From positions 3,658,001 through 3,722,000 of the forward strand of contig OZ024746.1 in the NCBI GenBank assembly GCA_964016885.1: a stretch of 64,000 nucleotides of DNA. The letters are read 5' to 3'. Position numbers and translations under genes: made by a program. The notes beneath the pieces are model-generated. The model was not told the DNA's origin. It saw only the letters and a program-made list of their open reading frames with translations, and did not search any database. Shown here piece by piece: positions 47,100-64,000 of this stretch (positions are counted from its first letter, which is position 1; each line of letters opens with the position of its first letter). This DNA comes from Eledone cirrhosa. Lineage: Eukaryota.

Positions 47100-47590
47100 A
47101 TTGTTATGATGGATGTTGTTGTTGTTGTTGTTGTTGTTGTTTTTATTGTTGTCTTTGTTCTTGCTGTTGTTATTGTTGTTATTGTTGCTGTTATTGTTGT
47201 TTTTATTGTTGTTTTTATTGTTGTTGTTATTGTTGTTGTTGTTGTTATTGTTGTTATTGTTGTTGTTGTTATTGTTGTTGTTATTGTTGTTGTTATTGTT
47301 GTTGTTGTTACTGGTGTAGTTATTGTTGTTGTTATTGTTGTTATTGTTGTTATTGTTGTTGTTATTGTTATCGGCGACCAGGATGATGGATAATGTTTGA
47401 CGATGGTGATAACCATACTTATGATAATGAACATGGTAAAGATGATGATGATGATGGTGATGATGATGATGGTGATGGTAGGGATGACAATGATAATAAC
47501 AGTGTCGATTCTAACTTATGATGCTGATAATGATGATGATAATAACAGCAATGCTAATGATGATGATGGTGGTAGTGATGGCTTATGATG
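47100..47590. repeat. (GTT/ATT)n followed by (GAT)n trinucleotide tracts
   Basis: Direct inspection. Confidence 0.9.
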
Positions 47591-47878
47591 GTTTATGTAG
47601 TGGTTGTGATGGTTTATGTATGTTTTGTCAGTCGCTCAGGTGTCGCCCACTTGTTTTATTGGGGTGATTAATGGTGTTATTGCCACCAAGCTGTTCAATG
47701 CAGATCCAGGGAAAGGAGCAAAAGGAAACTGTTAATCTTGAGAGTCGGAAGCGTTCTTCTCTCCTCTGGTTACATATCTGCCATTCAAAGGAAGCAAACA
47801 CGGATATACACAGAACCAACCGCACTCTCTAGTTACACTCGTTGATTGCTTTTGTTAACATATATCAGCTTAGATGAA

Positions 47879-47953
<75 letters not shown>

Positions 47954-48009
47954 CTCTCCCTCTCATTGTTCTTCTTCTTTGTCACTCTAACATATATATA
48001 TACATATAT

Positions 48010-48083
<74 letters not shown>

Positions 48084-48181
48084 GTACGTATGTATATTTA
48101 TTGGTTTCTGACCCAATTCCACTGTGATTGAACAGTTTCTACGACCTGTTTTTTATTATTTTATTATTATCACTTGTGTAG

Positions 48182-48257
<76 letters not shown>

Positions 48258-48260
<3 letters not shown>

Positions 48261-48499
48261 GGGCGGTGGAACCATTTCTGAACTAAGAGGAGGGAAGACC
48301 AAATTTGGACAATTTAGTTGTAGAGATTAGTTTACCTCTTTGTACTTTAAAATGGTCAGAAAAGTTCGATATGCGATAAACATAACATGTATATAATTTG
48401 TCACGCATATAAATATAGATGTGTGTTTTGGTAGTTTGGGGAGAAAATATAATTATTGGAGGGGGGAAATGCTCCCACCTCCCAGTTACACCGTCATTG
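48258..48499. mobile_element. MITE-like element (CA..TG ends, hAT-like)
   Basis: CAGGGGCGGTGGAAC / GTTACACCGTCATTG imperfect TIRs; internal GTCAGAAAA(G/C)TTCGATATGCGATAAACAT also at ~25120-25217. Confidence 0.55.
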
Positions 48500-49101
48500 C
48501 ATATATATAATTAAAATAAAATAATGCCCTGTGTGCTTTCCTAAGGGGTTAATATATCGAGTTTCTTCGCATTTGGTAAGAAAACTGGTATTATACCCAA
48601 TTTATTCACCTCCCTTGGAGAAAACCACGTGTCTGTAGCGAAATTTACTGCTAGAACACACCCGCAGAAGCTAAAGAACACAAGACTTGTTGAAGAAGGA
48701 AATTCTTTGTTCTGTCGTCAAAGACCATTAACTTGCAGACCCCTGCAAGCGGAATTTGTCGATCTTGGATTTGCAGAAACCTAGCGTGGCTGTTGTGTGT
48801 TGTATGTGATGTATATCGTGTGCTATACGATATGCATTGTATGTTGCATTCAGTCTCCGTGTTATGTCCAGGTCAGTCTAAAATATTTTCCTGAGTCCAA
48901 CCATTTTCGTTGCTATGGCAATGCGGCTGGACTGCCGATCGCTATATTTGATTTGCAAAGCTGTCTAAACGTATTGTTATTACTCTGGGGTACTATTCCC
49001 TATCGAGTGCTAAAGCTACATACCGAATTTGCATTCGTTAGCTTAGCCGCAAACTAAAGCTTCGTTAATGCTGTACTAAAATTTTGTATATATATATATA
49101 T

Positions 49102-49142
49102 ACGCATTGTCCAAGGTTTCCATATCCTTTTCTTAAAATTTT

Positions 49143-49176
<34 letters not shown>

Positions 49177-49218
49177 AACATTTTAAGAAAAGGATATGGA
49201 AACCTTGGACAATGCGTT
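49102..49218. repeat. Inverted repeat (~45-bp arms) around a (TA)n spacer
   Basis: ACGCATTGTCCAAGGTTTCCATATCCTTTTCTTAAAAT vs ATTTTAAGAAAAGGATATGGAAACCTTGGACAATGCGT. Confidence 0.85.
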
Positions 49219-49603
49219 TGATTTAATAATTAAATTTAAGTAGGAAGGGAAGACAAAAGAAAAGCAAAGGAAGGAAGTACCTCTAACATTTCCTGATTAT
49301 GTTTAATGCAATTTTCTTGTCTACATCCGAAGTTTTAAATTTTCCATTTAAGCTTGAAATATTGCAATAAATTTGAAATAAATTCATTTGTCTATAAAAG
49401 GAATCGAAAACTTCAGAGAAAGAAACAACCGTTCCACAGGCGGAAAATACGACAGCTGCTGTTAGTAAACATCTATTGAGACGTGTTATGCCGTCTGTCT
49501 GTATGATTTCTTCAACATTTTGAAAAGAATCGAAACAGTCGAAAATCAGTTTTAAAATGAATAAAATCAAGCTTTTTAAACAAATACATTAATAATACTT
49601 TCC

Positions 49604-49806
49604 AAATACCGGTCGCTCTCCGACAGGTTTGCGGTCGTACCTTTGGCAGTGGAGACTTCTGGTGTCCTCGGCCCTATGACCACCTCCCTACTCACCACCA
49701 TAGGCGCTGAGGTGAGTCTCGTGAGTTGGAATGGCTCTTCCAGCGCATCTCCCTTACCATTCTGTCCGCTGGGGCAGTGGGAAGGCCACTAATATGATTG
49801 ACTGAT
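49604..49806 (+). mobile_element. CRE-like (RLE) non-LTR retrotransposon 3' fragment
   Basis: Translation KYRSLSDRFAVVPLAVETSGVLGP..LLTTIG, then ESRELEWLFQRISL, typical of the CRE-clade C-terminus. Confidence 0.72.
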
Positions 49807-50017
49807 TTGCCATTTTATCAGTCAACTGTTGTGGCCAGGTATTTCCTTTGCCAAAAATGAAAAAAAGTATTGGAATTTGACAAAGTGACCAGGTTAGTTT
49901 TATATTTTTTGTTATAACTAAGAGACGGTTCTTGCTACTCTGGAATTTCACCTGAATACTCACAGGATCATCAGATGATCTTGTGAAGATTCAACACTTA
50001 GCCATAATTAAGAACAT

Positions 50018-50207
50018 TGCGGTGGATTGGCAGTATCGGTAGAGGGTCGGACGCTATGCTTTGACGCATAGAGTTACGGCCCTTTCCATTCTGAGCTCAA
50101 ATCCCGCCAAGGTTAACTTTGCCTTTCATCCTTACGAGGTCGATAAAATAAAGTACCAGTAATGTACTGAGTAATTGCTGGCCTTGTGCCAAAAGTAGAA
50201 ACAATTA
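50018..50207 (+). mobile_element. SINE family A, full length
   Basis: GCGGTGGATTGGCAGTATCGGTAGAG..GCCTTTCATCCTTACGAGGTCGATAAAATAAAGTACCAG. Confidence 0.88.
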
Positions 50208-50271
50208 TTTCGATAATCAGACAGTACGCATTTTCGCGTCCGTCAACATCACACGGATCTCTCACCCCCTT

Positions 50272-50368
<97 letters not shown>

Positions 50369-50740
50369 CCAAAAATTAATATGACCAAAGATGAGTATAT
50401 GACCAAAAATTAATAAAGTTCATTGATTACTCAATGAATATAGTTTTACAATAGATTAAAAGCATTCTACAAGAAAGTTTTTCTCTCTCTCTCTTCCTTT
50501 TCTTCCCTAACACAAATATTTATGCATTTAAATATTTAAATATATATGTACGTATGTGTTTATTTATTTCTCTTACATTTTCTCATACTCACCCCCTCCT
50601 TATACCTATATCTCGCTCCACATCCTCTTCCTCATCCTATTTAAGTCCATCATGTTATTATTTGTGGTATATAAATGTTGAGATTTGTTGTAATAAATCA
50701 CTGCCAATACTGGAATTGAACCATGAAGACAATTCATATA

Positions 50741-50801
50741 TTTTATCTGATGAGGACGTACTGAAAAACAGCACAGTACCTCCGAAATATATATAATAAA
50801 A
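50741..50801 (+). ncRNA. Minimal type I hammerhead motif (related to family H3)
   Basis: TTTTAT-CTGATGA-GGACGTACTG-AAAAACAGCA-CAGTACCTCC-GAAA-TATATATA-ATAAAA. Confidence 0.8.
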
Positions 50802-50861
50802 CATATATTTTGATTATGTGAACGTCTTCATTTATTAATATTTTGAATAATATATATATAT

Positions 50862-50878
50862 ACACACACAGACACACA

Positions 50879-50959
<81 letters not shown>

Positions 50960-51109
50960 GAAAAAAGGAAAAGAATGACTTCACTTGTAGTTCTAAACAA
51001 TTTGATTTAATTTTATAATTTTATAATATAAAATTAAATCAAATAATTTAAAACTACAAGGGAAGTCATTATTTTCCTTTTTTTCAAATATATATATATG
51101 TGTGTGTCT

Positions 51110-51188
<79 letters not shown>

Positions 51189-51201
51189 TGTGTCTGTGTG
51201 T
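50862..51201. repeat. Palindrome: ~65-bp unique arms flanked by mirror (CA)n and (TG)n tracts
   Basis: 50952-51016 is the imperfect reverse complement of 51027-51092. Confidence 0.8.
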
Positions 51202-51220
51202 GCCAAGGATTCACACATTT

Positions 51221-51266
<46 letters not shown>

Positions 51267-51516
51267 CAAAGATAAAACTATATATACAAAGCTCAAAGGA
51301 AACTAGAGAATCATATATGATAATTGTTTCTACTTTTGGCACAAGCCCAGCAATTATCCCAATGTATCACTGGTACTTTATATGATAATATATAATTGTC
51401 ACATCAACAAATGGATCGTCTCGTTTCTTGCCCCGTCCTGCCTAAGGTACGAGTTGTATTTCAGATATATTCTCATTCTTTTTAATTATTTTATTATTCC
51501 TCTGAAGATAGGGAAC

Positions 51517-52250
51517 GTACATATATACCTATATATCAATACATTAGTATAGATATCGATTATGTACATATATACCTATATATCAATACATTAGTATAGA
51601 TATCGATTATGTACATATATGCCTATATATCAATACATTAGTATAGATATCAATTATGTACATATATGCCTATATATCAATACATTAGTATAGATATCGA
51701 TTATGTACATATATACCTATATATCAATACATTAGTATAGATATCGATTATCTACATATATCCCTATATATCAATACATTGGTATAGATATCGATTATCT
51801 ACATATATACCTATATATATATATACATTAGTATAGATATCGATTATCTACATATATACCTATATATCAATACATTGGTATAGATATCGATTATCTACAT
51901 ATATACCTATATATATATATACATTAGTATAGATATCGATTATCTACATATATACCTATATATCAATACATTAGTATATATATCGATTATCTACATATAT
52001 ATACATCTATCAATACATCGGTATAGATATTGATTATTTATATTCCTATATATCAATACATTGGTATAGATATTGATTATGTACATATATCCCTATATAT
52101 CAATACATTAGTATAGATATCGATTATCTACATATATAACTATATATCAATACATTATTATAGATATCGATTATCTACATATATAACTATATATCAATAC
52201 ATTAGTATATATAACTATATATCAATGCCTGTATATAGATATTGATTATA
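51517..52250. repeat. 47-bp minisatellite, about 15 copies
   Basis: GTACATATATACCTATATATCAATACATTAGTATAGATATCGATTAT at 51517, 51564 and onward. Confidence 0.92.
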
Positions 52251-52357
52251 TGAATTATTTCATAACATTTCAAATAATTGAATGTACAACTCCCTTAAAA
52301 CGTGTGTAAAGAATTAAATAGGATTTAAAAGATAATGTTTCCATCTATATACTTGTT

Positions 52358-57730
<5,373 letters not shown>

Positions 57731-57780
57731 AATTTTTTAACAGATTATAAATCTCATTTCATATCTTTTATCTATAACAT

Positions 57781-57848
57781 CTCTGTCTGACGAACGATCC
57801 AGACGTATATTATTATCGTCTGTGATCCAGAAACCTTTGGTAATGGAG
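57781..57848 (+). ncRNA. Type I hammerhead motif (family H5) in a TA-embedded island 57731-57880
   Basis: CTCTGT-CTGACGA-AC-GATCCAGACG..CGTCTGTGATC-CA-GAAACCTTTGGTA-ATGGAG: stem I CTCTGT/ATGGAG, stem III ACC/GGT, GUA triplet. Confidence 0.75.
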
Positions 57849-57904
57849 TAGTTATATTTTGTGTTGTTCACTTTCTAATTATATATATATATATATATAT
57901 ATAT

Positions 57905-58193
57905 CATTTCATCATCATCATCATTTTACGTCCGCTTTTGCCTGCTTGCAAGGGTGGGACGGGAACTGATTCTGGCTCGATTTCTACAGCTGGATGCCCT
58001 TCCCAACACCAACCTCATTTACAGTGAGTGCTGGGTGCAGTCCCTATCATCTCATTTCTACAGCTGAGTAAACTGGAGTAATGTTAAATAAAGTGTCTTG
58101 CTCAAGGAAACAACACATCACCTGGTCTGAGAATTGAACTCACAACCTTTCGATTGCAAGGCCAATGCTCTAACCACTAAGCCATGAGCCTCC

Positions 58194-58196
<3 letters not shown>
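57905..58196 (-). mobile_element. tRNA-derived SINE with (TGA)n tail
   Basis: Minus strand TGGCTTAGTGGTTAGAGC..GAGTTCAATTCTC..CCTTGAGCAAGACACTTTAT..; tail reads CATCATCAT on +. Confidence 0.78.
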
Positions 58197-58227
<31 letters not shown>

Positions 58228-58615
58228 GCCTGCCTGAGAGAGAGAGAGAGAGAGGAGTATAGGCAATATGAAGATACATACGTTTGTCTTTGTATAAAAA
58301 CCAAGTGCAAACATCTCGGTGAGGAAGCCATGTAACACCTGTATTGGGATACTGACATAGCCTTTTAATCAGGAGTACAATGTAGTTAAGCCTACTTACG
58401 CTAGTCGGAAGTAACTTCTAACTAATGAACTTTGCCCGCTAAAAACAACGAGAAATCGGTTAAGTGTTTGAGGCTTCTACGCTCTGTTAGTCACGTAGGT
58501 GAAGTCGGGTAGTTTAGTGGCTTAGTTGCTTGGTTCACGATCTCATTGAAATCAGCTTGGTTCTTGGCTGAGCGTTGTGTCCTTGAACAACACACTTAAC
58601 TTTTACATTTCTTCC

Positions 58616-58668
<53 letters not shown>

Positions 58669-59074
58669 CAACACCAGTACCAGACTGCTATTTTGTTTAT
58701 GCACCTCGAGTGGATAAAAGATAAAGATGACCCCGGTGGGATTTGAAATCAGAGTGCAGAGAGTCGGAACAAGTACCAGAAAGCATTCTATCAGATGTTT
58801 TAGCGACCCTGCAACTTCGCAGCTAGTCACAGATATACGATGCCTTAAAGAACGACGTACGTTCAAAACAATGTTCACGGCTGGCATATGTTTGATCATA
58901 GGTCACTTGTATCACTGTTAACTTGTGAATAAAAGAGGATCAAAATCAAAGCCACCCTCCTCTTCCTCCTCCTCCACCTCCTCCTCCTCTCCACGACGAC
59001 GACCACCACCACGATGACCACCATCACCACCACCACTAACACTACCATAAAGGGGCTTACATAAAATAATGATG

Positions 59075-59436
59075 GTTTCTTTATTGGCCACAAGGGCTAA
59101 CATGAAGAAAAACATTAGCGACGGCACAGAACAGTACAGGACGATACAAAGTGGGTTTTGGTCGTGTGAACAGATTATAACAAAATTGGGCTAGAAATCA
59201 AAAAAATTCAAACAACAAAAATTCCCCAAAGAGGGGGAAACCTCCGAGGGTCACTCGTGGCGAAAACCACACAAAAAAGCCACGGCCACCCTGACCACCA
59301 GGGCAAGCGCCCTCTCTCAGTTTTCCCACTCCTCAGTCTACAGGCGCATACTCAGAGCGGGCCCGTTTTCTTGGACCAGACTCGCCACTTTCACCCACCT
59401 TTCAACAAACTTACTAAAAGACAGCACTTGCCTCTA
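59075..59436 (-). mobile_element. Possible Tx1/L1-like LINE 3' end
   Basis: Minus strand RQVLSFSKFVERWVKVASLV..MRL*, then a UTR ending AATAAAGAAA. Confidence 0.45.
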
Positions 59437-59899
59437 AAATAATGATGGAAGGTGTTTAGCTAAATTTAAACACTTTAAAACAAACAGTTTTGTATCGTAG
59501 AACCATGGGCGATTTCTGGTGGTTTGGTATCAAAAGACTTAAATGTGTTTGATCACTGATTTGTCCAGTCAAGCTTGACCAAGGATTAAACAACAACAGC
59601 AATAACACCATCCCTGTTACCAGCGACCTAACCTCCTTACAACTGCTATTTAACCTATTCAAACCCATTGTACCCAACGGACAATTGATTAGCTGCCGTT
59701 TGCTTAAATAAAAAAATAATTGTGCATTGTCCTTTACATATGACATATAACATATGACTTATAGAATATAGAATAGCAAGAACTCTATTGCTTGATATTG
59801 TTAATATCAACATGTCTACTGAAGTCATGACATATCACCTACTGACTGTTGCTTCTTTTCTAAACATGAATATTTCAATTTTTAAGTATTAATGTACTG

Positions 59900-60008
<109 letters not shown>

Positions 60009-60025
60009 TATGTGTCTATATAGGC

Positions 60026-60107
<82 letters not shown>

Positions 60108-60123
60108 TATTTATATATTAATA

Positions 60124-60508
60124 AAAGGAATTCCAACTTTGATTTACTCGTTTTATTTACAATCCTTTAAAATTATAATGATATTATAATGAAATAGTAT
60201 GGTAGAATATTAAATGTTAAGTCTTAATTGAACAAGTACTTTCATGCTTTCGCAATCTTCAGGTTCATATTCTGTGGTGACAGTCAAGTTTCAAATTTTC
60301 AATTGTGAAAATTGCAAACTTGCAGTTGAAAATTGCAAACTTAACTGTCACCACTGAATGTGAACCTGAAGATTGCGAAAGCATGAAAGTACTTGTTCAA
60401 TTAAGACTTAACATTTAATATTCTACCATACTATTTCATTATAATATCATTATAATTTTAAAGGATTGTAAATAAAACGAGTAAATCAGACAAAGTTGGA
60501 ATTCCTTT
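60124..60508. mobile_element. Fold-back element (~180-bp arms) in (TA)n with one hammerhead per arm (family H6)
   Basis: 60124-60302 is the near reverse complement of 60326-60508. Confidence 0.88.
60361..60399 (+). ncRNA. Minimal type I hammerhead (mirror copy at 60229-60267 on -)
   Basis: TGAAC-CTGAAGA-TTGCGAAAGCAT-GAAAGTACTT-GTTCA: stem I TGAAC/GTTCA, stem II TGC-GAAA-GCA, palindromic stem III AAGTACTT. Confidence 0.87.
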
Positions 60509-60570
60509 CATTTATATAATCTTCTATACACAATCATGTGTATATTTATTTATATTTCTATATCTATATC

Positions 60571-60601
<31 letters not shown>

Positions 60602-60628
60602 GTATATGTATATACACACACACATATA

Positions 60629-60677
<49 letters not shown>

Positions 60678-60687
60678 GTGTGTGTAC

Positions 60688-60766
<79 letters not shown>

Positions 60767-60770
60767 CGTG

Positions 60771-60968
<198 letters not shown>

Positions 60969-62893
60969 TACAGAGCCTATATAGGGTCTAATTGTTTTGT
61001 GATATTCAAACATTTAAAAATATGTTATATGTCTCATGGAAAATGTATGAAAGAATGTTCTAAACGAACTAATGAAGACAAAGTAAGAAAATATCTTTTT
61101 AACTCTTGATTTCAATCGTCAATTATTCAAGTTTAAATGTCAGTTTTATGAACCTTTGTATCTTTAATGATCCATTGTATTATATGGTTGATGTCAAAAC
61201 ATAATAGCAATGAGTTCTGGTTGTGTTACGTAACCTTTAAATTGAAAAAAACAAACTAGTAAACATAGTTGGACCTTTCTGAGCTTTTCTCATCATACCA
61301 ATATTTAACTCAACGTCTGGATATACGTCTATGAAAGGGTGCTGAAAAGTTCGAAGTCGATAAAAAAGGTACCAGTCTAGTACTGGGGCCGACTCTTCCT
61401 CTATATCTCTTTCTTACTTCCTCTCTCATTTTCTATACTTCTCAGGAAAAAACTCAGCTGTATTGAGGCCTTGAAAGGAGATGGGCTACACCAGGTTTGA
61501 AAATGCCGAAGAAACTTCGTAAGTTAATACGGCGTCCCTACGACTCTATCAGGAGTTACGGGACCATTCATACATACATACATACATATATATATGATGG
61601 CTGCCCCCTCGTTATCGAGTATGGCCATTGGACGATATAACATTATTAATAATTATCAATTAATGCTATCGTGCAATGACTGTGCGTGAAGATATATTTT
61701 AAAGTGAGGAAAGACTGTGCACTGAGCCAATCCCACTCTCTGAGCGACAGTAGCTAAAACCCGAAAAGAAGAAAAGATCAACATCATCGGTAACTACTGA
61801 GCCGCAGGTTTTATGTCGGAGTTATCCCAGTTTCCTGTGTTGCCTTCTCCTAGAAAAATGCCCTGACAAGGACTAGGGATCCTTCACTCCCAGTGGTTTA
61901 ACCGCGATCGGGTGTCCAGCCTGACTATTTTTATGTCCCCGCAGATATACATACATATGCACATGTGTACATACATATTCCCTTACACATTTTATTTTGG
62001 GATGGCCGTTGACTCTTATGAGTTCTTCCGCTCATACATACTACATACATAACTGATAAAATGTTAAAACCTTATTAATATTGAATCCCGCATTAGTCTT
62101 TATTTCTATCAACATAATTTCACTCTGACTGAAATAGAATATTATCTAAAACCGGAAATTAAGTTGCTTGTTTCAAGTAGAAATAGTTTTACTCCAACAC
62201 CTCAGACGAGAAAAATTAATCATTAAATAAAATGATAGAAGGCTGGTTTGAAATGATGGTTCAACAGATAAGAAGGTGATGAGCAATAACTTATCCATGA
62301 AAGATATTTGATACAATATACATGTCAGCCACCTTTTTACAAGTGTAATGAGATTTGTTTTTATGTTTTCAAATATGAAGACACGAATTTGAGCAGCCAT
62401 TATGATGGTCTGGTGGTGCAAAACTAATTTTAAGTGTTGCAGTTGTTCATTCTCCTAGGAAGGCATCTATACAACATTTCAGACATTTCCCTTACAGCAC
62501 ACTAATATATCTCACTTATCTCTCCATATCCAGGTTTTCTGCTTCTTTCTAGCTTACATGTATTCCCTATACAATTCTATATGTAATACGCATTTTCTTT
62601 GTTATATATTATATCTAAATATATTCTGTTGTGTTGTTTTTACGTACTTATTGAAATATTTACTGACCTTTTCAAACTGCATCTCAAAACACTTATAAGT
62701 GCCTAATATTTACACATTATTGCGTATTTACCAAACAGATAATAAATTGTCTGCAGAGAAACATAGAGATATTATACACACATAATTCATAAGTATTTCA
62801 GTTCTGTTATATTTAATATAATACTTATATAAAGAACGTTGCTTCACTTACAAACACTTGGGAATCTGAAATATTATAAAAGTATCAGCTATC

Positions 62894-62970
<77 letters not shown>

Positions 62971-62971
62971 T

Positions 62972-63107
62972 ATATCTATTAAAATAACAGATTAGAGTTT
63001 AAGCAAAGCATCGCTGCTTCACTCCTAACGGGATCTTCTGAAGATCCTGTTAGGGGGGAAAGTAACGATTCTTTGCTTAAACTCTAATCTGTTATTTTAA
63101 TAGATAT
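62972..63107. mobile_element. Fold-back element in (TA)n (family shared with 2011-2130)
   Basis: Arms centred on CTTC-T-GAAG at 63035-63043. Confidence 0.8.
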
Positions 63108-63154
63108 TTTCTCTACGGGTTTTATATATTTATATATATATATATATATATACA

Positions 63155-63267
<113 letters not shown>

Positions 63268-63269
63268 GT

Positions 63270-63350
<81 letters not shown>

Positions 63351-63463
63351 TGTGTGCGTATGTTTGTATATACTTAAGGCCTTGAATTAAGATAGACAGG
63401 CAAAAAGATGGACTAATTGTGGAGGAAGAGGACAGAGGGTAAGAGTTATCGATAAGCTCACAG

Positions 63464-63544
<81 letters not shown>

Positions 63545-63546
<2 letters not shown>

Positions 63547-63624
63547 CAAAGGAAGTGTGGTAAGGAACCAGATGGACCATAACGCACCAGAGTACTCAAT
63601 ACTTAAGGTAGTAGAGTGGGAAAT
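63545..63624. mobile_element. Family H2 terminal fragment in (TA)n
   Basis: Near-identical to 16979-17059. Confidence 0.8.
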
Positions 63625-64000
63625 ATATACAATATATATTGTATATATATATAGTATATGGGTCCTCCAGATCAAGTTTAGATTTTTTAGCCAGGAGATT
63701 ATAGAATAGCTAGAAGGATATGGAGGCGCAGTATTATCCAGTACTACAAACTAACGAAGCACTAGTTAATTATACCATGTTCCCACTGTCTACTGTAATA
63801 AGTGGTACATAGTTAATAGTAAAACAGTATAATACGAGGAAACTAATAATGTTTAGGGGCGGAAAATAGTAAAGAAAAAGTTCCAAGAGTGGAATAAATT
63901 TATGCTGTGAAGAAGAAGATAATTCATCTTTATGGCATAACATTTCTTACACTGTTGGAATGGATATTTACAGCCAGGTGGACTGCGGACATCATGTGTA

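Noticed and set aside
49283-49570. 95-aa non-repetitive ORF
   Set aside because: No recognisable motif and a non-ATG start; compatible with chance.

Overview
Eukaryotic, very AT-rich and repeat-saturated window with no host protein-coding gene I can support. The SINE types and the extreme (TA)n/(CA)n/(GA)n density suggest an octopod cephalopod (inference). Almost all ORF-track entries are microsatellite artefacts. Real coding remnants are all transposon-derived: an RLE-type non-LTR 3' end (1-322), RTE-like fragments, CRE-like fragments, a Tx1/L1-like 3' end, an internally deleted mariner and a 5'-truncated CR1/L2-group LINE with an open RT frame. The main signal is a dense set of hammerhead-ribozyme (CUGANGA...GAAA) carrying elements from several distinct families, nearly all inserted in (TA)n tracts and many in fold-back form. 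They include two homogeneous tandem arrays of a 310-bp highly structured unit with one minimal type I hammerhead per unit and an inverted terminal segment (retrozyme / Penelope-like architecture). There is also a hammerhead whose stem II encloses a 47-bp minisatellite, and a 3.6-kb minisatellite built from a tRNA-SINE A-box. A 200-N gap lies at 10848-11047. Coordinates were read by eye and may be off by a few bases.
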